The position numbers were made by a program, and so were the translations under genes. The notes below the pieces were generated by a model that was not told the origin of the DNA, did no database searches, and was given only the letters and a program-made list of their open reading frames with translations. Shown in pieces: positions 24,527 to 35,794 of a DNA stretch of 64,000 nt (the first letter of the stretch is position 1; every line of letters starts with the position of its first letter). The DNA is from Balanoglossus misakiensis (taxonomy: Eukaryota; Animalia; Hemichordata). The stretch lies in contig CM082593.2 in NCBI GenBank assembly GCA_040954595.2, positions 9,867,200 to 9,931,199 of the forward strand, written 5' to 3'.

Positions 24527-25591
24527 ATGTCGTATAATCTGCGCAAAAGAAGTGCAATAACCGAAAGTTCATGCACAGGATGTGGTGTAGATCGTTGTGG
24601 ATCGCCATCAGTATTCAGCAGTGACACCGACAGCAAACCAGTCGAACCTGAGTCGCCAGCTTCAGTGATCGACGGATATCTATCTCCGGTAAGCCGCAAT
24701 ATGCCTGACGAGTGCCCGACCGACCTCAGTAAGTCACACGGAGCCAACCAACTCGAAAATAGGATCGATCGCCTAGAGCGGACCGTAGACAAACTAGCCG
24801 GACTTGTTGAACGCTCTCTTACCGTGACAGACAAGAAGAACGAGCTTCCCCACCAAAACGCAGTTGGCTACAATCAAATGGAGCGCCCCCACAGTTCTCA
24901 GCCCCCGGTACACGAACCAGCTGGAGTTGGTAACAAGGCATTCGATACTTTACACCAGAGGAAAACCCTTCACGAAGGAGTGCCCCTGGCGACAAGAAAT
25001 AAAGTTCTTGCTGGTGAGTACATTGATCTGAGCGAGTTACATCCATTGAACTTTGCTCATGTCTCAACACCGGACAAAATAGAAGCTACTATCGATGGCA
25101 GCCAAGATGTCTTCAACCCTAAGCGGAAAAAAGTTCCTATATCAATCTTTGGCGCTTGCCTGAACGCCTTTGCTATACTGGAAAGCATTCTACTCGAAAA
25201 GAAGCCAGCCACAGCAACATCACTTCTTGCATACCGCCAACTTATCCAGAACTGTGACAGCAAATTTACATGGCCAGTGGTGTATGCATATGATGTTAGA
25301 TTTCGACACCAACTAAGTGAAACCTGCTCCTTTGACTACCACGCCCTGAACCAGGACCTGTACATCACTACATTCATGGACCCTGGTGCAGTAAAGACCA
25401 CACGTAGGGAATGTTATCGCTGCAAAGCCACAGATCACTTAGCTAAGGAGTGTCCCTTTCGTGAGGAACTATCCACACCGGCGGAGAACACAAAGAAGAA
25501 AACAAAAACGGATGAGGTTTGCTTGCTCTACCAAACAGGTGAATGTAGATTCGCAAAGTGTAAGCGCCAGCACAAGTGCAAACGATGTTGA
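24527..25591 (+). CDS. gag: Gag-like ORF1 of Ngaro element 2
   Basis: ATG immediately after A1. GEYIDL and YDVRFR motifs; CYRCKATDHLAKEC (CCHC) and CLLYQTGECRFAKCKRQHKC (CCCH). The stop may be premature. Confidence 0.85.
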   Translation: MSYNLRKRSAITESSCTGCGVDRCGSPSVFSSDTDSKPVEPESPASVIDGYLSPVSRNMPDECPTDLSKSHGANQLENRIDRLERTVDKLAGLVERSLTVTDKKNELPHQNAVGYNQMERPHSSQPPVHEPAGVGNKAFDTLHQRKTLHEGVPLATRNKVLAGEYIDLSELHPLNFAHVSTPDKIEATIDGSQDVFNPKRKKVPISIFGACLNAFAILESILLEKKPATATSLLAYRQLIQNCDSKFTWPVVYAYDVRFRHQLSETCSFDYHALNQDLYITTFMDPGAVKTTRRECYRCKATDHLAKECPFREELSTPAENTKKKTKTDEVCLLYQTGECRFAKCKRQHKCKRC

Positions 25592-27160
25592 GCAGACTCA
25601 CCCCTCATCAACTGCAAAACTTGCATATCACTTCAACGCGGAAGTGTGGCAGCAAGTTCTCAATAAACACCCAGATAAACAATATGCTGAAAAAATCCTG
25701 ACGTGGATTCAACACGGGGTGCCTATTGGTTTCAAGGGCCAAATGCTGCAAACCCCCCTGCTGTCAGCTAATTGGAAGAGCGCACTTGACGTTAAGGACA
25801 AAGTTACGCATAAACTTTTAGAGGAAGTCAAGAAAGGATACAAAGCAGGACCATTTATTACTCCACCATTCCAATCATTTATTAGTTCACCACAAGGAGC
25901 GCGACCAAAGAAGAATACAAATAAATATCGGATAATTCATGACCTTTCCTGGCCTCCAGGGCACTCTGTGAACGATCACATATCGAAGGACGAATATAGT
26001 TGTCAGTACATATCGATCGATGCGGCTATCGAGCACATAAAACGTTTAGGTAAGGGGTCCCTTATCGCAAAGGTTGACCTCGAAGATGCATTCTACCAAA
26101 TACCTGTCACACCGGATGACTGGAATCTACTCGTCTGTTCCTGGGACCTTGAAATCGACGTCGAACTCCAAACATGCTATTTCTATAGCAAAGTGTTGCC
26201 ATTCGGTCTCAGGAGCAGCCCAGCGATTTTCAATGAGTTTGCTGACGGTCTTCAGTTTACCATTCAAGCTGCACACAACATTGATCTAGTGGAACATTAC
26301 CTTGATGATTACTTCACAGCTGGCCGCGCAGGCACAAATCAGTGCAGTAGAAACCTTCAGGGAATGTTACTCGCTTGCGATGAACTTGGGTTTCCTGTAA
26401 ACCCTACAAAAGTCACCACCCCCTCCACAACCATGGAGTTTCTTGGCATAACACTATACACAATCCGCATGGAGGCACGAGTGTCTCAGGACTGCATTGA
26501 TGACACTCTGACGGAACTTCTTGCCTGGATGACAATGAAACGGGCAACAAAGCGACAAATCTTGTCACTTATTGGTAAACTTACCTTCATCACCCGGGTA
26601 TGTCGACCCGGTCGTACCTTTCTCAGACGACTAATAGACACTTCATCAGGACTGAAACGCCTACACTATAAAGTAAAACTGAACCGCAATTTCAAACTGG
26701 ACCTTCAATGGTGGATTGACTACTTACCTACATGGAATGGTGTCAGTATGTTCTACGACAGTTACTGGACAAATAATGTTGACCTACATCTTTACACTGA
26801 TGCTTCAGACATTGGCTATGGTGGAGTGTTCGGTGTGCAAAAAATCAAAGGAAAGTTCGTCAATGAGATTCCTGCCTACACCCCTCAAATCTATTCTATT
26901 AACTGGAGGGAACTTTACGCTATCGAGCGTGCTGCAGACACGTGGGGAGCCCACTTCAAAGGACGAAAAATCCTTTTCCACTGTGATAATTCTTCTGTTG
27001 TTGCAATGATCCGCAGTGGTTCATCTCGCAGTGAAAAGTGTGCATCCCTTCTGCGAAAACTGTTTCCTCATTTGTGCCAGAGACAATTTCCTGATGAATG
27101 CTATACATATTGCAGGCAGCAAAAACACTATTGCTGATGCTCTATCTCGGTACAAGTAAC
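25461..27160 (+). pseudogene. pol: RT/RNase H of Ngaro element 2
   Basis: RIIHDLS, KVDLEDAF, LPFG and YLDD; TDAS...RELY...CDN. Frameshift near 27065 before the final ADALSR. Confidence 0.92.
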
Positions 27161-27184
27161 ACTGATTTGCTTCCTTCACAGGGA

Positions 27185-28164
27185 ATGGTACTTCCCATGA
27201 CCACTGGTGGCTACAAGCATGCAAACTCGTCGGCAGTGCTTATTCAGCCAACACAGATCGTACATATGGCTCAGGTCAAAAAACTTACCTTCAGTTTTGT
27301 GATACAGTAGATGCATTACCATTCCCAGCATCAGAGAATGTTCTACTTATGTTTATTGCATACCTTCAAGAGGAAAGGAAACTAAAGTACAGTTCCATTG
27401 TGACATACCTCTATTCAGTTCGGTCAATGGAAATCCAGGAAGGCTTACCTGATCCATTGCAGAACCGTCCACGCATTAACCTTGCACTACGTTCAGTCAA
27501 AAGATCACAAGGACCAGAATCAACACAAAAACTGGCAATTACATTTGATTTACTGCAGAGGCTAGGGCCTCTATTTGACATTTCATGCACAAAAGACTTA
27601 GTAGTGTGGACTGCAATGACCACAGCTTTCTTTGGCGTTTTCAGGCCTGGCGAACTTGTAATTAAGGATTTACCAATTATTCCAGCCACTGACTTAACTG
27701 TAAGTGACATTACTTTTTCTAAACTGTCAGGGGCTAATGTAATCGCAGTTGTTCACCTTAAAAAGTCTAAGTGTGACCCATTTCGTAAAGGGGTCGATGT
27801 CATCATTGGCTGCTCACATAACGCCATTTGTGCGGTGGATTTATTGTCACGCTTACACTCACTGCGTATCCAAGCTGGGGCATCACCCAATGACCCTTTC
27901 TTTTTACTACCTGGTAATGTACCTCTTACTAGGCAGATCTTTATTAGACACCTCAAGCATTCAATTGGCCAGATAGGACTGGACCCTAATGCATACAGCG
28001 GTCATAGCTTTCGCAGTGGGGGTGCAACATCAGCAGCAGCAGCCGGTGTATCCGACTGGGAGATCAAAGTCATGGGCCGCTGGTCCAGCGACTGTTACAA
28101 GCGCTATATTCGCACTCCACGACAAGTGTTATCAACGTTTGCTGAACGTATGATCTTTACATGA
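27185..28164 (+). pseudogene. Tyrosine recombinase of Ngaro element 2
   Basis: FRPGE, KSKCD, HSFRSGGAT and GRWSSDCYKRY. The N-terminal part is separated by a stop near 27310. Confidence 0.92.
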
Positions 28165-29669
28165 TTGGTCTTAATCACTCAGATTGACATGCCTGATTGA
28201 GTAATTGTTTGTAGCTTGTCCACAGTTCTTTTTTCACTGTTACTGTTATTATTATTGTTTATATTAGATGGCACATACACATGCATGATGTTGGAGTTTG
28301 GGCAGCCTTGTACTCAAATGTACAATTTCTTCTTCTTCAGTTCATTAAAAATGGTTGCCCATTGCGCCCATTCATCTAGTGTGTGTATGTGTGCTCATTT
28401 AATTAGAGGAATTGCACTAATGCATCTTTAGAATTTATTTTAAAGTGTTTTAGTTGCTGCTCGGTATAGACAGCGCCCTCGTTGGTACCAGCCCTACTCC
28501 TTACGTTTTTGTATTACTGCGCATGCGCAATTGATACGGCTGTACTGCCACGCTCATCAAAGGACTAGTTACTTAGTCTTGCAAGAGACCAAAATTTCAT
28601 CACCCACCCTCCCACTGCCTTATTTAGGCATATATATTAACCAGTCATGTGTTTCTCTACTCTTCAATCACTTTGTGACCTTAGGGCAGCCTTGTACTCA
28701 AATGTACAATTTCTTCTTCTTCAGTTCATTAAAAATGGTTGCCCATTGCGCCCATTCATCTAGTGTGTGTATGTGTGCTCATTTAATGAGAGGAATTGCG
28801 CTAAAGGAAAATAAGAACGTAATGTAAAATGTTCTGTTGCTGTATGAATGGTTTGCACATGTGGGGAAATGGGGGCGTGCCTGGGGGAGGTGTACTGTAG
28901 TCTAATGACAGTCCCTTCTGTCTCAACTAGGCGGGGGTTTCTAACCCTATGCCCGGCTCCCCCCCCCCCCAAAAAAAAAAAAAAAAAAAAAAAATTGATT
29001 GTCGTTTTGATGTGCGATAGATATTGAATTGAGGGTTTTTTTACCTTTTCAACTCTGTGTGGTATTTGTGGATGTGCGTGATGAGTATTGGAGAGGGGTT
29101 TGTTTTTGGGGTACAGTCGAGAGACCAAGAGAGGAGGCAAGGGACCCTCGACCACTCCACAACTAAATCAAACTAAACAACACTACGCAGTGTAGATGGG
29201 GAACTAGCTACACTAGGTAGTGATTGGTTTACTATATATGAATATGCATGAGGTCTGGTTTATAAGGTTCTACCCAGATGTAGTGCCCATGCCTTCTCAC
29301 GGCGGAGCATGACAGAGAGCACCCACCCACCCACCCTAAAATCGCCGACGCCTTAGGCAAGTGTTTATGTACAAGGCAGCAGTTTTAAGGATGACGAGCG
29401 AGGTACCACAAATGGCCATCGGTCACTCCTTAAGGTACAGCAAGGGACGCTCGACCACTCCACAACTAAATCAAACTAAAGAACACTACGCAGTGTAGAT
29501 ATGGAACTGTGTACTTTTATGAATAGTCAATTAGCATCAATTTATTTGTGGTAGTAAAACATAATGGCTTGCAGCTTCCACAACAAATACCATTACAAGT
29601 AAGATGATGCGCCAATGAACTGATTATTGATCCTCAGTTTCTGTGTGCCACCGATGATGTCACTATTAA

Positions 29670-31590
29670 TTCTGTGCTAGTTTGCACTCAGACTTCTTTT
29701 TCAAGGCTGATATTTCATTTTTAGGGAACCAAGCGCCCTCAGGCGCTTGGTCCCCTTCTGTTATTGCTGGAGTTTTTCTTCTTTCTTCTTGAGTCGTTTT
29801 TTTGCTCCCGTTTTGCTCAAAAATCCCTGGTTCTACGCCTATGAACCTTGGCATGGTGGTTGGGGCCCATGAGTACTAGTGCACCTGCCCTTTGAATTTG
29901 TAATTAGTCACGTGACTTGGTGGCTATAATCGAGTGAAATTTTCAAATTAACCTAATTTGCACGTTAATGGGGGCATGTACATTCTTTTCGCGATTTTCG
30001 TAGACCATGTGGCCAAAATACCCTGTGCCAAATTTAAAGGTCCTAGGCCACGTCGATTTTGAGAAGAAGATTTGTGTAATATTTTTCGCATTTTTTGGTG
30101 GGCTGAGAACAAACACTGGGGCATCGGACTTTGACCGTCATTACATAATGTTGTGGAGATCTCATTAGCAGGAGGGTTGCAGTAGTCCTTGGAAAATCGG
30201 CTGAAATACGTAAACAGACCAGTGATTATTTTCCACGGAATGAATTTTGGGACAACACATTATCGGAGTTCAGGCGATTTATTGAATTACGCTGAGTTTG
30301 CTAGCTGTTGCCGTTTAAATGTGTCTCTGTAGCCCCGGCTACACTGGTTAACATTCAATGTAATGCGGCAGCGGACTTTGACCCTCAGTCGCTAATGTTG
30401 TGGGCGGTTTCATTGGCATTTAGGTAGTCACATGTAGTGGATAGTAGTTCAGGAAATCGGCTGAAATACATCAGCAGACCAGTGATTTTCTTGCACAAAG
30501 GGAGTATGGTACCAGCAATAATCAGAGATCAGGCTTCGTTGCCGTTCAAATGTTCCTACTTCAGTCGTGACGTTGCAACTGAACGTTCAGTATGGGGTTC
30601 GGCCCGCAGGTGGCCGTGGGGGTTATCAGGCCGCCCGTAATTGGACGCAGCTTCATGCAGCTCTATGGGACCAAAATAATACGCCCGATTCGGGGGTCAC
30701 CTGTGACACCTGCGTAACTCTATTATGTGCATGCGTAATTGTGGGGTCAATGAAAGGGATGCTAGCATGGTATTTGTTGCACATGGATCAATATGAAGTC
30801 CGATTTTCCTGTCAAGTTGTGGGCGACCTTATGTGACATTTCACCTACTTGTGCTTAGTGAATAACAGCAGATGCATGCAGCTTTGGCGTGGTGGTGGGG
30901 GGGGGGGGGGGTATACGGATGGGACCATAATGATATACCAAAGGCGGGGTCACCCGTTGCACCTGCACAAGTCATTGATTTTGTACATTTAATTGGACAC
31001 TAACCAACAGGGCGATATGTGTGGTTTTTGTTCCACAGGGACGAATGTAAGTGTCAGTTGGTTTTTGCCCAAATGTATAAGGTGATTTGGATGACCTCTG
31101 TCGTACAGTGCCATATCTCAGCACGTTGTACATGTGCAGCTTTGGTATTTGGAGGGATGAAACTATCATGAAATGCCAAATACATGGGGATACCTGTGAC
31201 ACCTGCTTGATTCATATATTCCGTGCATACCTAATGGTAGGCAAAGTGAAAGGGCTGCAAATGTAGGATTTGTTGCACATGACATAAACAGGAATGAAAA
31301 TTGTTTGTCAAATAATTGGTTGACCTCAGGTGTCCATTGACCTGCTTTCCATATGTTAGCATGCAAATCATATATAGCCAGGTGTTTGGAGGGGTAGGGT
31401 AGGACCTCTGCGTCATGAAATGCTAAATTCCTGGGGCCACCTGTAACTTACTTGCGTAACTCATTTTATGGTCATATCTAATTAGACCAACCCAAAGGGC
31501 GAGGATTTTCCATTGTCTTGAATATTAACCAAATAAGAATCAAAATTTTTGGCCCAATTTTTGGGTACCCTCAGCTGACCTTTGAAGTAC
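29670..31590. repeat. Degenerate interspersed repeat with ~240-250-bp internal tandem units, related to the 240-bp array at 56.9-60.2 kb
   Basis: cggactttgacc...aaatcggctgaaatac duplicated at ~30125 and ~30372. ggtcacctgtgacacctgc-type motifs recur about every 245 bp from 30695 to 31445, in reverse complement to the 240-bp unit. Confidence 0.6.
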
Positions 31591-34568
31591 TTACAACGTA
31601 GAAGTTCACCTTTGGTTGTTGTTTTTGTACTTGTACGACGTGCATTTCAGGTGGTTGCCTACTTCCCCATATCTCAACATCGAGAGCAAATACAGCCTAC
31701 GCATTTGAATGGTACAACCCTGAATGGAGTCTAATGGTTATTAACTCTATGCTTGGGCCCCTTCAATGTTGCTTGCAGCTTTAATTTGTATTATCTTTTA
31801 TGTGTATGTTTAGAAAAACAAAAAAGAACAGTTCTTCTACTGAACGCAGTCGCCTACTGCTTGTTGATATGTGTACTGGCCCTGCAGTGCAACAACGGCA
31901 TATGCTGCTGAAGAGGCAGATGTTTGACCAAATGTACCAGTGCAGTACTGAGATTGTAGAGCTGTTCGAATACGAATTCAAAGTTTTGATTCCAATTGTT
32001 ACATACACCCCCTAGACCAGTATCCGATCACTTTTATTAAAAATGATACTAACACTTCATTGGCAACTCGAACACTACAACAACGCCATGTTTTATATCA
32101 CTGGAGGACTTACAATAGAAACAACCACAAATCCGGGTCAAGTTGGCAAAGGTCAAGGTAAACGAGAGTCCCAGACAAGTGGTGGCGCTAGACCCGTATG
32201 CGGTCACTTGGACCAGTTCTCCTGTCACTTTGCATCAGTTGCACAAACACAGTTAGAATGCATATTCTCGTAAAGTATTTGGATCCTTATAAGTAGAAAT
32301 ACTTTTTTTTCGTGAAGGAAATAAGTTTTTAAAGGGAAGAGAGAAATTTCATGGGCCCAGGACAGGCAAGAAATGATAACAATTAACTTTGTTAATCACT
32401 TAAAGAGCATATCTTGGCTCGAAACACACCTTTGAGGATAAGTAATAATTGGGCTTGTGTGTTAAATGCTGGTGTTCTTTTATTTATTTCATATGGACAA
32501 ATAAATGTTAAATTTAAACATGTTCAGGGCCTGAGAAAAAAAACTTCTGTTTGGGCCACGCCCATACCCGTGACGTCACAAGAGGAACCCATTTACGTTT
32601 GCAACAGACTTAGCACTGTACATTGCAGTGGTTGAAATGCAATCATACATGTCTGTGATCTAAATAGCTTTGCTGTGTCAGCCTGGGTACAACTCTGTAT
32701 CCCCCGCCCCCTTCAAAATAAACGTACATGTATACCTATCATCTAGGGGAGATGCGATTATGAAAAAAAACTACTCGGCCCGGCTAGGCTACGGCTACGC
32801 ATTGCAAGCAGTACACAACATGCAATGGCAGCGGATGTGTATAGGCGCCCAACACATACAATGATTGCTGCCTCGATTAAACCGTGGAATGTTGCCCAGA
32901 GGTTTAGGTCTAGAGTGCTAGGTCTAAATCTACTTATCTTGGACAATGTCAACTTATTGATAACTGATCATGGTCTTTTGGCGATTTTCGATCACTGCCT
33001 CAACAGAATAAATACGCGCGTGTTATTACAAGGGAACTCTATCAGCGCCGATGCAAAGCGTGTACACGCAGTCAGCAGCGATGACACATATCGCGCCGCG
33101 ATGTATATGTACCATGCCAGCACTAAAATTATGTCTTCTGAATTACATGTAAGCTATATGCCTTTTTGGTGATGACAAACAGAAACATTTATGACTTGTC
33201 GCTGTAATCATGAAAGTTCCTTCACATGCTTCATACTGCATTATAACAAAATGAAACCATACAACCAACAGCAACAGGCGATCATGCCGGGCCGACCCAC
33301 TCACGCTCACACAGCATGAAACATTTTCATTGATACACACGAATATCCAAGTTTGGAAACGGTTTTCACTCACACGCGGCAAAATTTATTCAACACATTT
33401 TGTTTCAAAATTTGTACAGTGTGTTTTGGAGCCGATGAGTCGGACATAGTGCGACGTAAAACTTGTAAACAAAGAAATTAGAAAAGAAAGATGGCGACCA
33501 TACAGCCGAAGCCATACAAAGGTACGACTGAAAAAAATGTGAAATAGTAACAGTAATATTTTGAACGTTCAAGTTTTTACATTGATTGCTGTCAACAGTA
33601 GTATACTAGGTCTATATAAGACACATTAATATTCATGAGGCTCATTAATATTCATGAGTGTCATTATATATTCATAAAATTTAATTTATTCATATTTAAT
33701 TTTTCTTCATCAATATTCATGAGTAGGGTGAAATAGGACACATTAATAATTCATGAGGATAAACGTATTGATATGAGTTATCATATAAAGTATGAATGTA
33801 TAATGAAGTAGTAATGAAACTATGAAAATGACATAACTATGTAAGAGTATGTATATTGAGTTATAGTATATGGTTTAATACGTATGTAAACGAGGGAAAA
33901 TGATAATGAGGTTTTAATACGCGAGAAAATTTAATATGTTTTATACGTATAGCAGGGGGGAAATAGGACAAACCGGTTCTCGTGTCTTCTCTCTCTTTTC
34001 TTTTGTTATTGAAAACCTCACGTTGCAGGGCGATGTGAGACACCTTTTGTGATACGTCTTTGGTGTCTTGTCTTGCGTCGCGATAATCGGATTTAGATTG
34101 CGCTATTCACTGCCTCTTCAATTGGTGCGCGTGGACTGCGGTTATGGTAATTTGATTCCATTCTCTCCCTAAGTAGGGTGTTTTAGGACACGTATTGTTT
34201 TACCGTGGGTAGTGTACAGCTGGGGCGAACGGATGCGTGGGAATTTCAACTACACGTTTGTATTAGTTAATTAACTTGTTGACTTATTTACACTACAAAA
34301 ACTTAATCCTATTAACCTCAGACCACTTCATTCAATGGTGTATTTATTTGTCATACGTACTAATGTTAATTAACTTGTTGACTTGCTTACAATAAAAAAA
34401 AACCTAATCCAATTAATACGAGACCACTATTCAAATAAACAATAAAAACACTGTTTTGTCGGGTAACAAAAATACATATGTTAATTTTGGAGTAAATACA
34501 ATTCGTTCGAAACCAGTCCGGTAATTTCTTGTTGAGTAAACACCGCTGTTAATACGAAAGGTAACGTC

Positions 34569-34886
34569 ATGTCTTCACTTGTCGTTGACGAAATACACGC
34601 AGGTGACTGGGATGATTATTTGGAACGGATGTTTATTAGAAGCTGTGTCTGGTGGGTGGTTAAGAGATATGGGTATGTTAATGAGAGACGCTTCATCATT
34701 CAACTACGTTGCATTAATGGTGACGAGGTTAAGTCACGTGTTTGGTGGCTTGCTTCGGTAAAGCGTCCATCCAATTTTGAATTGTTCAATTTGCGAGACA
34801 AATACATGTACTATTGTGACTACACAAAGATTCACAGAGTGGACGAATCAGCCTTTGTAGCAGAAATCATTAGACGCTTTGCGTAA
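34569..34886 (+). CDS. Hypothetical Polinton accessory protein (105 aa)
   Basis: ATG-initiated intact ORF inside the element; no motif recognised. Confidence 0.5.
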   Translation: MSSLVVDEIHAGDWDDYLERMFIRSCVWWVVKRYGYVNERRFIIQLRCINGDEVKSRVWWLASVKRPSNFELFNLRDKYMYYCDYTKIHRVDESAFVAEIIRRFA

Positions 34887-34981
34887 CAACTGTACAATTT
34901 CTATAAATTGGTGTCTTCGTCGCGTTTTAAGTATAACCTTCATTCAACGCACCCGTGCGAGAAGCGATACATAGCAGAACG

Positions 34982-35497
34982 ATGGCAGAAGCTCCAAAAT
35001 TCTCATCTGTCGCAACTCAAACATCCGATGAGGAGTTTAATGAGAATGTGGTGCAGAGCGATCCATTATGGTTGGAAGAGGAAACTTTAACGGAAGATGA
35101 AGAAATGGAATTAGCCAGACTAGCACGTAGAGCGGAAAAATATCTCGAGCTGGAGAAGAAATTACAAACGAAACTTTTCTGTGCCCTGCGTACTAATATA
35201 TCAGTTATGGCGAGGGAGGACTGTGAAGGGTGTGAACTTGACGACCCATCGCAATTTCATCATGACTGTATGATGACTCCTATCGGAACAATGGCGGACA
35301 AGTACTTTGATGATGCAATGGAGAGAGTGGATCTTTCGACACTAATGTCCGAGATGATGGTTGAAACCGGATTAGACAATGGACAATTACTGGATGTATT
35401 GATGCATTCGTGCTACTCGCTATTTGGGAGTGCGGAGGAAGACAAAAAGGAACAAGAAAAGTTTTTAGAGAAGTTCGTTAAACATTTCGAAGAATAG
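34982..35497 (+). CDS. Polinton accessory protein with CxxC...PSQ..H.C motif
   Basis: CEGCELDDPSQFHHDCM, a motif I recall from small ORFs of invertebrate Mavericks. Confidence 0.7.
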   Translation: MAEAPKFSSVATQTSDEEFNENVVQSDPLWLEEETLTEDEEMELARLARRAEKYLELEKKLQTKLFCALRTNISVMAREDCEGCELDDPSQFHHDCMMTPIGTMADKYFDDAMERVDLSTLMSEMMVETGLDNGQLLDVLMHSCYSLFGSAEEDKKEQEKFLEKFVKHFEE

Positions 35498-35794
35498 AAA
35501 GAGATTGGAACAATATCTCATCATATTTTTTTCTTCTTCCCTCTTTTGTTTTGTTTTCATCTTTTCTTTGATAATGAAAAAGTAGTTACTGGATAAGAAT
35601 ACAAGATTTGGTGAGTTTTTTTGTAATGTAAACCATGTTTTCTACCCTTTTCATAGTCAATGCGGTATCATTATTCTGCGTGAGTGTGATTTTGTATACC
35701 TTTCTTTAGTTTTGTTTCTGATTTTTTTTAATGCTTATTTAGTTTCTTCAAATGTACAGCAACAACAACAACAACAAAAGATCAATAAGATTAC

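Larger units (their letters stand above)
24349..28804 (+). mobile_element. Ngaro-type YR retrotransposon 2, nested in the gag-only element
   Basis: A1 24349-24526, B1 28300-28420, A2 28418-28595, B2 28684-28804. TAA core at both ends and at the B1/A2 junction. Gag, RT/RNase H and YR ORFs present. Confidence 0.95.
20886..29508 (+). mobile_element. Non-autonomous gag-only split-direct-repeat (PAT/Ngaro-like) element with two nested insertions
   Basis: A1 20886-21005, B1 29137-29205, A2 29202-29321, B2 29440-29508. The AACT core is shared at both ends and at the B1/A2 junction. Its only own coding sequence is a spliced gag-like gene. Confidence 0.88.

Noticed and set aside
31780-33590. Short ORFs and a CpG-rich promoter-like stretch
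   Set aside because: No motifs, consistent splice chain or element boundaries were found.
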